A DNA stretch of 50,252 nucleotides from positions 1 through 50,252 of the forward strand of contig CAYSNA010000001.1 of the NCBI GenBank assembly GCA_964432185.1, in the 5' to 3' direction. Positions 36,040 to 45,892 of this stretch are shown piece after piece (position 1 is the stretch's first letter; the number at the start of each line of letters is the position of its first letter). Source of the stretch: an uncultured Cytophagia bacterium (lineage in GTDB: Bacteria > Zhuqueibacterota > Zhuqueibacteria > Residuimicrobiales > Krinioviventaceae). The position numbers and the translations under genes were made by a program. The notes below the pieces were generated by a model. It did not search any database. It was not told the origin of the DNA and saw only the letters and a list, made by a program, of their open reading frames with translations.

Positions 36040-37689
36040 TTAACTGTACAAAAAGCGCTTGATCTTTTTCGTCGGTGTTTTCTCAAATTCTTCCGGGAAA
36101 ATTTCAATTTTGGCGATGGCCGCATACGACGGCATTTTGGCGTTGAGGTCCTTGCGGTTTTCCTCCATGCGTTCCATCAATTTGACCTCGCTGATCTGCG
36201 CCGCATCGACCAGCTCATAATCCGGGTATACTAACGCTATGAGTTTATCGTCCTTGTGCACAACAACCGATTCGCTCACCAGCGGCATGTTGTTCAACAT
36301 GGCTTCAATTTCTTCAGGATAAATATTTTGTCCCGATGGCCCGAGCAGCATATTTTTACTGCGCCCTTTGATGAACACGTATCCGTCTTTATCGATGAGA
36401 CCGAGGTCGCCCGTGTGCAGCCAGCCGTTCTCATCAATCGTCTCGCGGGTAGCCTCCTCATTTTTATAATAGCCGAGCATGACATTTTCACCCCTGACCA
36501 TAATTTCGCCGACAATGTTTTCCGGGTCGACGCTGTCGATTTTTATTTCCAGCGCATCAATCACTTTGCCCACGGCAAATGCTTTGTTGGTCTGCCAGCC
36601 ATCGTAGCTGATCAGCGGGCCGCATTCGGTCATGCCGTATCCGTTGGTGAACGGAAATTTGATTTTTTTCAGAAAACGCTCAACTTCGGGATTAAAGCCG
36701 GCGCCGCCGATGACGATCTCGATGAATTGACCGCCAAACACGTCCACCAGTTTTTTCTGGATTTTAGTGTAAATGACGCTTGACAGACCGGGAACGTTTT
36801 TCAAATATTTTACGCTGCCGGTTGACAGCACCGGCTTGATTTGCTTTTTGTAAATTTTTTCGATGATCAACGGTACGGATAAAATGAGCTGCGGTTTGAC
36901 ATCCTGAAAGGCTTTGATGATAATTTTGGGTGAAGGAATTTTGCTGAGAAAAGTTACATGACAGCCGATGGACAGCGGGAAGAGAAATTCAAAGGCGCAG
37001 CCGTACGAGTGGGCCAACGGCATAAACGAGACAACCTTGTCGCCAAACTTGAGCGGAATATTGTTTTGCGCATAGCGGATGTTGACGGACAACGAGTTGT
37101 GCGGCAGCATAACGCCCTTTGAAAAACCGGTTGTACCGGAGGTATAAACGATGGCCGCCAGCTCATCATTTTTTATATGCGGCAGTTTGAAATTCTCGTG
37201 CGACAGACGGCTGTCAAATTTATGCAAATAGTTTTTGTCGGCTTCGGCCAGTACTGCCGGAATTCTATCATTGGTTTTGTGCAACAATGACATGTCATCA
37301 AGAGAAAAAATCGCCTGCAGGTTCGGCATCTTGCTTTCATCGAGCGTGTCAAAAATAGACTGTGCGACGAAAAACATGACCGAATCGGAATGGTTGATGA
37401 TGTGATGAATGTCATCGGGCTTAAAGTCCGGCAAAATCGGCACAATGACAGCGCCGTATGAAATGGTCGCCAAATAGGTGACGGCCCAATTGATCGAATT
37501 TTTGCCAATGACGGCGATTTTATCGCCTTTTTGTATGCCGCTCTGTTCAAAAATATGATGCATCCAAATGATTTTGTTGCCCATCTGCGCATAGGTTATC
37601 GTGTCGCCACCGTAATTTGATACGGCTGGTAAATTCCAGTTTTTTATAATTGCTCCCTCGAGCATCTCCACATAACGTTCCTGGATCAT
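36040..37689 (-). CDS. AMP-dependent synthetase/ligase (long-chain fatty acid-CoA ligase-like)
   Basis: SD AGGAG. AMP-binding box IVYTSGTTGFSKGVMLPH, GYGMTE, TGDLG..D.DGY..I.GR motifs. Confidence 0.88.
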   Translation of the reverse strand: MIQERYVEMLEGAIIKNWNLPAVSNYGGDTITYAQMGNKIIWMHHIFEQSGIQKGDKIAVIGKNSINWAVTYLATISYGAVIVPILPDFKPDDIHHIINHSDSVMFFVAQSIFDTLDESKMPNLQAIFSLDDMSLLHKTNDRIPAVLAEADKNYLHKFDSRLSHENFKLPHIKNDELAAIVYTSGTTGFSKGVMLPHNSLSVNIRYAQNNIPLKFGDKVVSFMPLAHSYGCAFEFLFPLSIGCHVTFLSKIPSPKIIIKAFQDVKPQLILSVPLIIEKIYKKQIKPVLSTGSVKYLKNVPGLSSVIYTKIQKKLVDVFGGQFIEIVIGGAGFNPEVERFLKKIKFPFTNGYGMTECGPLISYDGWQTNKAFAVGKVIDALEIKIDSVDPENIVGEIMVRGENVMLGYYKNEEATRETIDENGWLHTGDLGLIDKDGYVFIKGRSKNMLLGPSGQNIYPEEIEAMLNNMPLVSESVVVHKDDKLIALVYPDYELVDAAQISEVKLMERMEENRKDLNAKMPSYAAIAKIEIFPEEFEKTPTKKIKRFLYS

Positions 37690-37738
37690 AACAAGCTCCT
37701 TTAAGGTTATTACGTTCGTAGCTAAAAAGTTCAGGATG

Positions 37739-40700
37739 CTATCTCACATCAATTTCCAAAAATCGGCCGCTCACGCTGTAGCCTTCTTTTTTGACCAGCG
37801 GCAAAAATTGGATGATGTTAATATACGATTCTATTTGCTCCGGTTCCAAGATGTGCCCGGTTTTATAATCGATGATTTCTATGGTCTTGTTCTCTTCATT
37901 GACCATAAACCGGTCGATGCGCTGTTCGCGACCATGCTGATCAAAAAGGGTAAACTCGGTATAAATATGCGTCCAGTGTGGCGAAAAAACATCCGGATGC
38001 GCATCGATAAAAGCATTCACAATGATGAGTATTTTTTCAATCTCAGGCAACGGAATCAGCGTGCCGTAAAAACTGCGCGTTTTGCCGCGCGCCCGCTCTT
38101 TTTCCTCTGCCGTCGCTGTTTTGATAAAAGATAAATAATGATGCACCAAATTGCCAATCTCGACGGCATTATTCTGCAGAAAGACGGTTTTAAAATCAAC
38201 ATGTTCCTCCCGCGCTATTTGTTCCTCGTCGATCACCGCCGTGCCGCTGCGATCAGTATCAAGATAATCGCGCAGGTAGAACAGCTCCTGCGCTGCCGCT
38301 GAAGGTATGTTTTTTACTGTGCCGACGACCTCGCCCACATAGCCGACATCTCGATTTTCATCATATTGAATAGAGTTATAGTTGTTTTGAAAAATGCCGA
38401 AAAGATGCTCGGCAAACAACAACGGGATACCTTTTTCGGTTTTTTTGTCGTTGAGCAACGCAGCAAAGCCGTCTTTTTTCCGATAGGTGAAACAGAGATA
38501 CAAATTGGATTTGGCGCGCGTGAGCGCCACATAAAAATTGTTCAACTCTTCAATGGCCTCGCGGCGATCGACCGCATCGGTGAAAGCGCGCTGTGACGAT
38601 TTGCTCACCAGGCCATCATAATTGAATGTGAGCAGATAATTGTTGACGCTGGTGTACCCGGCATCATACTCAATGTAGGGCCGCATCTCGCGGAAAGAAC
38701 GTCCACTGCCGCCGGATAACTGCCAGTACAAAAAGACCGTGTCAAATTCCAGTCCTTTGGATTTGTGGATGGTCATCAGCGTGATCGCGTTGGTATCATC
38801 CAGGCCGACCTGCTTGAAGGTTTCATTGTCGCCTTTGTCGCGGAAAAAATCGAGCAGGCCTTTGAGCGATTTCGGATAATCGCGATTGTTGGCGATAAAT
38901 TCCGCGATCAACATGAGAAAATGATTGATATTCTTGACGTCGCTCTCCTGCGAAAAATGCCCGGTGATGTTGTACTCTTCAATCACTCGCTGAACAATGA
39001 TAAACGGATCGACATCAGCCAGGCCCTGCCAAAATGGAAGAAATTTTGCGACCTCTGGAATGTGGGTGCACGATTGTAAAATGCCGGCCACATTCGAGGT
39101 GTCCTGACGATTATCGCGATAAGCGAGTAAAATGTCTTTGAGGTGGTGCGCCTGCACCAGCACAATATCCGAGCGCAAAAAGGCGAGCAGGTCCATCCAT
39201 TCGTGATAGACAAAAAACTGCAAAAATAAAAAAATTGGCTTGATGGCGCGGTGTTGGAGAATCGAGTTGGATGATTCCAGCATATATGGAATTTTGAGCT
39301 CGTCGAGCGCCGCGGCAAAAATATCAAGATCAGCGTTTCGGCGCGCCAGGATGGCCGTTTTCCCGGAACGAATCCGATCTTTGTACATGGGCGACTGCAG
39401 CGAGTGCTGTAAAAATTCCCGCACCGCCTCTTCGGCGGACGCAATCTGGTTGTTGCTGTCACTGCCGTATGCGATATTGCGCAGGACCAATTCGACATAA
39501 CCGGCGCCATTTTTTTTGAACGCGTGAATCGGCGTGTACGGCCATTCGATGTTTTGCTCCCGCAGGCTCTCGTGCAGCGACGGATGCGCAAACACCATAT
39601 TGACAAATGAAATAATATTTTCGTCGCTGCGGTACGATGTATCGAGCGTCAACTCGGACGCGCCGTGCATCACCGCCGGCATGTTGAGGAGCAGATCGCG
39701 CTCGCCGCCGCGCCAACCGTAAATCGACTGTTTTTCATCGCCAACAACAATGGCGCCGCCGTATTCTTTGATCCCGGCGCCGCTGATCACCTCGCGCACA
39801 ATCGGCAGCAAAATTTTGTACTGAATGATGCTGGTGTCCTGAAACTCGTCGATCAGCACAAAACGGGTGTAGGTGGACAAATATTCGTAGAACGAATTGC
39901 TGACAAAATCGCCGTCGATGAGGGACAGCTCCGGATCATACAAATATTTGAACGTGTAGTACGAGACATCATCGTGCGTAAAAACCTTGTCGCGGAATTT
40001 CAATTCGTCATATTTGTTCAGGACATGTTCGATGATCTGGAACAGATCGGCTTCTTCGCTCAGGAGCAGCTCGGCAAAAAGATAATCGGCCAGCAACAGG
40101 CGCGCTCTTTCCAGTTTGGCCAGCAAATCTTCTTTGATATCGGAATCCGATTTTTTGCGCAACAATTTGCTGCCGTTCCAGATATTTTTTTGATCATCGA
40201 GAAGCAGCGAAGCGTTTTTGCGCAATTCTTCGACATTGGAAACGATTTTAATAAAGCCTGTAGAAATATCGCCGATCTGCGGTTGATCGAGCGCGTTTAA
40301 AATCAAAAGAGCGTAATCATTGTTGAGCACTTCTTTTACGGATTTGTCGGCGTGCTCCTGGTTGAGATACTGCTGCAGAGTTTGGGCAAAGTCGCTAAAC
40401 GCGCTTTGAAAAGCCTCCAGCCGTTCTTCTGCCGAGGTGGCCGTGACAAACGGTCTCGTTGTCTCGGCTGTTTTGATCAGATGATAAGCCCAGCGATTGC
40501 GGATGACCGATTCGACAAAGTTCTCGTAATCATGGATCGTGCGCAATTCCGACCGTTCAAAAAAAGAACGAAACAGCGCCAGTTTGTGTTCATCCTGCAA
40601 TATGGAGCGATAAAGCTCGTCTTTTACATCATCGTCAATGGCCGGCTGAACCACATAATCCGTCAAGCCGAGGTAGGGGGTGATGATGGTTTTGAAAATG

Positions 40701-41062
40701 GAATTTGTAAAGGAATCGATGGTGCTGATCTGCACAAGATGTTTGTTGGTCAGCATGTCGACGTAAATGTCACGCAGTGCAGTCAAATCATCGGCGGATA
40801 TGGTGATATTAAAAAACGACTCGATATTGGCCCGCAGTTCACGGCCGCTATCGTCTCCCTGCAGGATGGCATGAATGTGCTCAAAAATGCGCTCGCGAAT
40901 TTCCGCCGTCGCCTTTTTCGTAAAAGTGATGACGAGAATTTCACTGAAATGCAGACCGAATGGTCGGTATTGCAGCAGCAGCCCGATGAATTCGAGCGAC
41001 AACCGATAGGTTTTGCCGGTGCCGGCACTGGCGCGTATAACTTTTTTAACGGGTTGAATCAT
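37739..41062 (-). CDS. UvrD-family helicase with C-terminal PD-(D/E)XK nuclease (AddA/RecB-like subunit)
   Basis: Walker A SAGTGKTY, motif II VLIDEFQDTS, TIHKSKGLEF, YVALTRAK. C-terminal nuclease RIDRFMV...IEIIDYKTG. Confidence 0.88.
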   Translation of the reverse strand: MIQPVKKVIRASAGTGKTYRLSLEFIGLLLQYRPFGLHFSEILVITFTKKATAEIRERIFEHIHAILQGDDSGRELRANIESFFNITISADDLTALRDIYVDMLTNKHLVQISTIDSFTNSIFKTIITPYLGLTDYVVQPAIDDDVKDELYRSILQDEHKLALFRSFFERSELRTIHDYENFVESVIRNRWAYHLIKTAETTRPFVTATSAEERLEAFQSAFSDFAQTLQQYLNQEHADKSVKEVLNNDYALLILNALDQPQIGDISTGFIKIVSNVEELRKNASLLLDDQKNIWNGSKLLRKKSDSDIKEDLLAKLERARLLLADYLFAELLLSEEADLFQIIEHVLNKYDELKFRDKVFTHDDVSYYTFKYLYDPELSLIDGDFVSNSFYEYLSTYTRFVLIDEFQDTSIIQYKILLPIVREVISGAGIKEYGGAIVVGDEKQSIYGWRGGERDLLLNMPAVMHGASELTLDTSYRSDENIISFVNMVFAHPSLHESLREQNIEWPYTPIHAFKKNGAGYVELVLRNIAYGSDSNNQIASAEEAVREFLQHSLQSPMYKDRIRSGKTAILARRNADLDIFAAALDELKIPYMLESSNSILQHRAIKPIFLFLQFFVYHEWMDLLAFLRSDIVLVQAHHLKDILLAYRDNRQDTSNVAGILQSCTHIPEVAKFLPFWQGLADVDPFIIVQRVIEEYNITGHFSQESDVKNINHFLMLIAEFIANNRDYPKSLKGLLDFFRDKGDNETFKQVGLDDTNAITLMTIHKSKGLEFDTVFLYWQLSGGSGRSFREMRPYIEYDAGYTSVNNYLLTFNYDGLVSKSSQRAFTDAVDRREAIEELNNFYVALTRAKSNLYLCFTYRKKDGFAALLNDKKTEKGIPLLFAEHLFGIFQNNYNSIQYDENRDVGYVGEVVGTVKNIPSAAAQELFYLRDYLDTDRSGTAVIDEEQIAREEHVDFKTVFLQNNAVEIGNLVHHYLSFIKTATAEEKERARGKTRSFYGTLIPLPEIEKILIIVNAFIDAHPDVFSPHWTHIYTEFTLFDQHGREQRIDRFMVNEENKTIEIIDYKTGHILEPEQIESYINIIQFLPLVKKEGYSVSGRFLEIDVR

Positions 41063-41071
41063 TCTGCTCTG

Positions 41072-43912
41072 CTAAAATAAACTGTTTTTTGACGGCTTGT
41101 AGACGGTGACAAATAAATCCGATCGCGAAATGGTGTCCATGTCATTCAGTCCGGCTTTTTTCTCCGGCAGCTCGTAGCCGGTTTTCCACAGGGCGTTCAG
41201 TTTTTCGCGAATGTCGGCTTCAAATGTGGCGATGATCTCCGCCTTGTCGGTGCGGCTGCTAAAATCGCGCAGTTCCTTGCCCTGGCCATCCAAAACTTGG
41301 TAAAAGAAGGACGACACCCGCTCAAGCAATTCGGGTCGCTCGTTCAGATAATAATAAAGCTCGTACAAAACAAGCTGCTCGCGTTTGAAACCGCCGGTCT
41401 TGTAATCAAAAATGGTGTTGAACGATTTGTCCTTGGCCTCGATGCGCAAATCCGCGCGACCGCCAATGTTGATGCTAAAATTAATTTTGTCGGACACGAT
41501 GTACGGGATATAGTCATCTCGCTGCATGATCTCGTCTTTTTCAGGATAAATGTCGAGCGGTTTGCCGCTGAATCCAAGACGATGCAAAAATTGAAAAAAC
41601 TGCAGCACGCCGCTCTCAATTCGCGGCAGGGTAATTTCTTCAAAATAGACCTGGGCGTGATTGTGCGGCGAGGCGTAATAAAAGCGGTCGTGTTTGAGAA
41701 TCGAACGCAGTGTTTTGCTGATGCGCTCCAGCGGCACGTCGGCAAAATTGATGGACGGCGATAAAACGTGGTCCTGCAAAATATCGCGCCACAATTGATT
41801 CAGGCAGTCGTGCGCCATATTGCCGATGAGCATGGGCGAATAATCCATGTTCGATTCTTTCGGCCGCTCATCCAGGCGGATGACATTTTTAATGAAAAAA
41901 GTAAAAGCGTTGTTGAGAAGATTCGACAGCGAATAATACGACAAATTAAGCTGCCGCTGCGGAAAGTCGCGCTCGACCTGAAAGTCGAATCGATAAAAAT
42001 TGTCATCCAGGGCCCGGTTCGTCGGAGCGAGATAGCGTTGATCGCTTGACAACAAAAGATTAAAAACATCGCGATATTCATCCGCTTCCATTGGGATTGT
42101 GTTGAAAATATCGGGGTTGCAAAAAAGCCGAATCTCTTCAACAAACGAGCTCACATCAATATTTTGTTCGATGTTTTTTTGCGTGATCAGCGTGACTCGC
42201 GGCGTCGTCAGTACCAGGCGGAGAAAATAATATTTTTCGCGCAGTTTGATGTCGTCATAGGTTTTCAGTCCTAGCGCCTGGCGCTGTTTTTCGGTGAACA
42301 AGAACGGCGTTTGCCGTGGATGGGGAATTTCTTTTTCCACCACGTTCATCACAGCGACGGCGTTGTAGCTCAAGTTGCGCGAATCCTGCAGGTCAACAAA
42401 TTCCACGCGGGGCTGCTCAGCCGCGGCGGTGTGGATGCGCAGGGTTCGGGATTTCAAATAATCGAGAAAAAGCTGCAGCACACCGGCGCTCGTCTGCACC
42501 TGCGCCGGCAAACGATGGTTCGTCAGCAGCGCGCGCCAATCCGCAACGATATCGATTTTTTCGATGGCGTAAAAATCCGCCAAGGCTCGATAAAATGTCT
42601 CGCGGATGGTGGTCGTGTTTTTTTCATTTTCATTCAAAATAGCGTTTATCTGAATGCCCGAGTCGTCATCAATAAAATTGATAAACGCGGAAATCGAATC
42701 GATCGCCAGCAATCGTTTTATAAAATTGAGCAGCGACAACAGTTCTTTCGACCTGGCCTTTTTATGCGAGATGAAAAAATCGCCGTCGAGATCGATAAAT
42801 TTATTCTCCCGTGCCAAAAGATCGGCGAGCGAATCGATCACGGCGCCGGGACCATCCGGACAAAAATAGGCAGAAAAGGACGCTTCCAGAAAAGCATCGT
42901 AGAGCGCCTGGATGGGAATGAGAAGGCTGCGGCGCTCCGGTTCGAAAATCAAACCGGACAGCAGCGTGTGACCGTACTGCAAAAATCGAAAAATCGTCGT
43001 GGTGGTGAACGATCGCGTACGGCCGAGATTGAATCGGGCGGGCGACAGATAACGCGCGTACGGATCGCGCGCCGCCGAAAAATTGACGACATGCCGCACG
43101 CCTCCGACATGCACCTGGTGCACCAGCGCCCGCAGCATGTTGAAATCGTTGCGGCATTCAAAAATATCAATGCGCTCGGTTCGCCCCGGTCCGAGTTCGC
43201 GCAGAGAAAAATCCCGGATGCCCAGCGTCTCCTTGTCCACCAGGTGCTCATTTAGCTGGTAGTAGAGCGTGACGCTTTTGCCGTCCGCGCACAGGCGGTC
43301 AATTATGGCGCGTTCCAGGTGCGTGTAATAAAACTGATTGACAAAATGGACCGCGCGAAAAGAACCGAGCAGGCTTGAATCCAGGTGCTGAAGCTGATAT
43401 AAAAATAGAGCGTCATCAAAACCGCGGGAGTCGATAAAGGCGCGATAGTTGTTTTTCATGCTTTTGATGCGCTCAAAGGTCAGCGCCTGCCAGCCCAGCA
43501 GGTCGGCATCGGCATTTTGCAGGTTGTGACGGTCCGGGTCGTCCGGCAGCAGCTCTTCGTTAAATTCCTCCCACAAGGCAAAAAAATGGTGCGCCAGCTC
43601 AATGGATTGAAAATAGTTGCCGATTTTAAAAAAGGCCTTGTCCGGTTCGCTCAACGAGACATAAAACGCCAGCGTGCGCTTTTCCTCTTTTAATAACGGT
43701 TTGTCGGACAAAAAGAGCGTGTCTTTCAATTCCTCCATGGTGAGGAATTGGATATTTAGAAATGTCCATCGATTTTGAAACTCGCGAATAGCGGCGCGTT
43801 TGCCGGCCTCGGTGGGAAAAATGTACAGCGAATTGTCGCTGTCGGTGTTTTGCAGCAACTCGCCGATGATGGTGCGGGTAAAGGGAATGAATTTGAACTG
43901 CACTGGCGTCAT
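41072..43912 (-). CDS. PD-(D/E)XK nuclease family protein (AddB-like partner subunit, helicase motifs degenerate)
   Basis: 946 aa, ending 9 nt before the AddA-like start. C-terminal nuclease motif GRADLRIE...TIFDYKTGG. No canonical GxxxxGK[ST]; only AGKR near the N-terminus. Confidence 0.75.
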   Translation of the reverse strand: MTPVQFKFIPFTRTIIGELLQNTDSDNSLYIFPTEAGKRAAIREFQNRWTFLNIQFLTMEELKDTLFLSDKPLLKEEKRTLAFYVSLSEPDKAFFKIGNYFQSIELAHHFFALWEEFNEELLPDDPDRHNLQNADADLLGWQALTFERIKSMKNNYRAFIDSRGFDDALFLYQLQHLDSSLLGSFRAVHFVNQFYYTHLERAIIDRLCADGKSVTLYYQLNEHLVDKETLGIRDFSLRELGPGRTERIDIFECRNDFNMLRALVHQVHVGGVRHVVNFSAARDPYARYLSPARFNLGRTRSFTTTTIFRFLQYGHTLLSGLIFEPERRSLLIPIQALYDAFLEASFSAYFCPDGPGAVIDSLADLLARENKFIDLDGDFFISHKKARSKELLSLLNFIKRLLAIDSISAFINFIDDDSGIQINAILNENEKNTTTIRETFYRALADFYAIEKIDIVADWRALLTNHRLPAQVQTSAGVLQLFLDYLKSRTLRIHTAAAEQPRVEFVDLQDSRNLSYNAVAVMNVVEKEIPHPRQTPFLFTEKQRQALGLKTYDDIKLREKYYFLRLVLTTPRVTLITQKNIEQNIDVSSFVEEIRLFCNPDIFNTIPMEADEYRDVFNLLLSSDQRYLAPTNRALDDNFYRFDFQVERDFPQRQLNLSYYSLSNLLNNAFTFFIKNVIRLDERPKESNMDYSPMLIGNMAHDCLNQLWRDILQDHVLSPSINFADVPLERISKTLRSILKHDRFYYASPHNHAQVYFEEITLPRIESGVLQFFQFLHRLGFSGKPLDIYPEKDEIMQRDDYIPYIVSDKINFSINIGGRADLRIEAKDKSFNTIFDYKTGGFKREQLVLYELYYYLNERPELLERVSSFFYQVLDGQGKELRDFSSRTDKAEIIATFEADIREKLNALWKTGYELPEKKAGLNDMDTISRSDLFVTVYKPSKNSLF

Positions 43913-43949
43913 AAAATTGGTAATTTCGTGCCAAGATAATAAGAGTCAT

Positions 43950-44055
43950 CTCTCGCAAAGGCGCCAGGCCGTATAGAAAAATCTCAAACAAAAGAGGGAT
44001 GAAAACATCCGGACACTGATGACATGCCTCGGCGTCTTTGCGAGAGTCTTTTTTG
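43950..44055. other. Long-stem structured element in the purC / addB-like intergenic region
   Basis: CTCTCGCAAAGGCGCC (43950-43965) pairs with GGCGTCTTTGCGAGAG (44031-44046), 16 bp with one G-U. The stem extends by AGGC/GCCT past a 1-nt bulge. Inner hairpin GGATG-AAAA-CATCC. TCTTTTTT follows on the + strand. Confidence 0.5.
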
Positions 44056-44070
44056 AAAAATCCGATGAAT

Positions 44071-44865
44071 TTACGGCAAATCCTTGAATCTCGCGGTCAT
44101 ATCGGCAATCGCTTCGAACTTGGATTTGACCGTCGACAGATCGCCACCCATGCGGTAATTGTCCTTGTCCAACCGGCCTTTTGGGTCGAGCTCGGCCAGC
44201 ACGTTCGGCTGATTCAGATTCGGATTGTCTTTCGCGTACGGCCACAAGCGGAACGACCCGCCGGTGATTTCGTCGATCAACGTGACTTTGCCGTCGATTA
44301 GTCCATACTCCAGTTTGAAATCGATGAGCTGGATGTTAAAATTCGCGAACGCTTCCTCAAGAATGTCGAACACCTGCACATTGATGTCGCGCATGTCCTG
44401 GAATTCGGTTGAACCTTTGGCATTGATCATGTACTCGATATACGTGTCATCCAGCATGGGGTCGTGCAGCGGATCATCTTTATAATGAAACTGCGTGATC
44501 AGCGGATCAAAGCGCGTGCCTTCTGCCATGTTACCCCATTTTAGAATCGATCCCGCCGCTACGCGCCGCGTCACCACTTCGAGATTGATTTTGAAATCCA
44601 GCTTTTTCACAATGCTGACCCGGTCCTGCGGGCTTTCGATATAATGAGTGCGCACGCCCTTGCGGTTCAGATATTCAAAAATATCCCGGTTGGTTTTCCA
44701 GTCCACAAATGCCTTGCCTTCGATGACATCGTGCTTGACGCCGTCGCCGGCGGTGATGTCATCCTTGAACAGCATGTAAACGGTGGATGGATCGTTTGGA
44801 TTTTCATAAATAACTTTGGTTTTGCCTTCGATAATTTTGCCGAGTTTGGAGAAATCGATCGACAT
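44071..44865 (-). CDS. purC: Phosphoribosylaminoimidazole-succinocarboxamide synthase (SAICAR synthetase)
   Basis: Start moved to the ATG at 44865 (SD GGAGGA). EGKTKVIY...LFKDDITAGDG, LEVVTRR.AAGS, LIDFKLEYG motifs. Confidence 0.9.
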   Translation of the reverse strand: MSIDFSKLGKIIEGKTKVIYENPNDPSTVYMLFKDDITAGDGVKHDVIEGKAFVDWKTNRDIFEYLNRKGVRTHYIESPQDRVSIVKKLDFKINLEVVTRRVAAGSILKWGNMAEGTRFDPLITQFHYKDDPLHDPMLDDTYIEYMINAKGSTEFQDMRDINVQVFDILEEAFANFNIQLIDFKLEYGLIDGKVTLIDEITGGSFRLWPYAKDNPNLNQPNVLAELDPKGRLDKDNYRMGGDLSTVKSKFEAIADMTARFKDLP

Positions 44866-45082
44866 CTTGTCCTCCGGATTTTTATAAGAACGACTACTTT
44901 TAATCATAATGGATCGAAGTAAATTAAAACCATCCGCATCGAAACGCAAGATAAATTTCATTTAATTTGATTGATGCGATGGCGCCGCCATTTTACCGTG
45001 GCCATGAATGATTTTTTCTTTTTTAAAAATAAAATATTCTTATCTTTGGCAGAAGCCAATTCCCCCAAATTCAGGATCCAGC

Positions 45083-45814
45083 ATGAACGTGTCTTTCTTT
45101 GTCACCTGTATTACGGATAATGTTCTCACGAACGTTGGCATTAAATCCGTAGAGCTTCTCGAAAAACTGGGCTGTACCATCCATTTTAATCCGAAACAAA
45201 CCTGTTGCGGTCAGCCGCTCGCCAACACCGGTTATCATCAAAAAGCCAAAAAAAGCATGCGCCTGTTGATAAATGCGCTGCTCGAAGACGACTGTCAATA
45301 CGTCGTGGCGCCAAGCGGCTCCTGTGTGTTACAGGTGAAAGAATTTCCGCATTTTTTTGAAAATGAGCCGGAGTGGGCTGAGCGGGCAAAAATTCTTGCG
45401 GACAAAACTTTTGAGATTACCGATTTTATCGTCAATGTGCTCAACGTCACGGATGTCGGCGCGACATTGGAAGGTCGGGCCGCGTATCATCCGTCGTGCC
45501 ATATGTCGCGATTGCTTGGCGTCACCGAACCGCCCTATCAACTTTTAGAAAAAATAAAGGGATTGGAACTGGTGCCGTTTGAAGGCCAGGACAAATGCTG
45601 CGGTTTTGGCGGGACGTTCTCGGTAAAAATGGCCGATCTCAGCGGCGCGATGGTGGCTGAAAAAGTCAAGAACATTGCCGCCGCCAATGTGGATTATCTT
45701 ATCGGCGCCGACGGCGCGTGCCTGATGAATATAGACGGGCGAATTCGACGGGAAAAACTGGATATTAAAGTGATGCATATTGTGGAGGCGTTAACGAGCA
45801 ATAATGACAAATGA
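45083..45814 (+). CDS. lutA: Lactate utilization protein A (CCG-domain Fe-S oxidoreductase)
   Basis: Start moved to the ATG at 45083 (MNVSFFVTCITD). QTCCGQP and DKCCGFGGTF CCG motifs. Followed by lutB and lutC. Confidence 0.88.
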   Translation: MNVSFFVTCITDNVLTNVGIKSVELLEKLGCTIHFNPKQTCCGQPLANTGYHQKAKKSMRLLINALLEDDCQYVVAPSGSCVLQVKEFPHFFENEPEWAERAKILADKTFEITDFIVNVLNVTDVGATLEGRAAYHPSCHMSRLLGVTEPPYQLLEKIKGLELVPFEGQDKCCGFGGTFSVKMADLSGAMVAEKVKNIAAANVDYLIGADGACLMNIDGRIRREKLDIKVMHIVEALTSNNDK

Positions 45815-45865
45815 CAAATTACAAATGACAAGCATCCCATACGTAATAATGTCATTTGTAATTTG
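45815..45865. promoter_or_regulatory. Perfect 16-bp inverted repeat between lutA and lutB
   Basis: CAAATTACAAATGACA (45815-45830) and TGTCATTTGTAATTTG (45850-45865) with a 19-nt loop. The arms extend imperfectly to about 28 nt using ATGACAAAT / ATTTGTAAT sub-repeats. Begins 1 nt after the lutA stop. Confidence 0.6.
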
Positions 45866-45892
45866 AAATTTGTAATTCCTGTAAGGAAAATT

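Noticed and set aside
45047-45063. TGGCAG-N5-AATTCC upstream of lutA, considered as a sigma54 -24/-12 promoter.
   Set aside because: The -12 element lacks the conserved TTGC (it reads AATT), and no enhancer-binding-protein gene is nearby.
45801-45880. Short ATGACAAAT / ATTTGTAAT repeats considered as a mini-CRISPR or tandem-repeat array.
   Set aside because: The units are 8-10 nt, there are only a few, they have no spacers, and they are arranged as a dyad. This is a hairpin or operator, not a CRISPR array. No cas genes are present.
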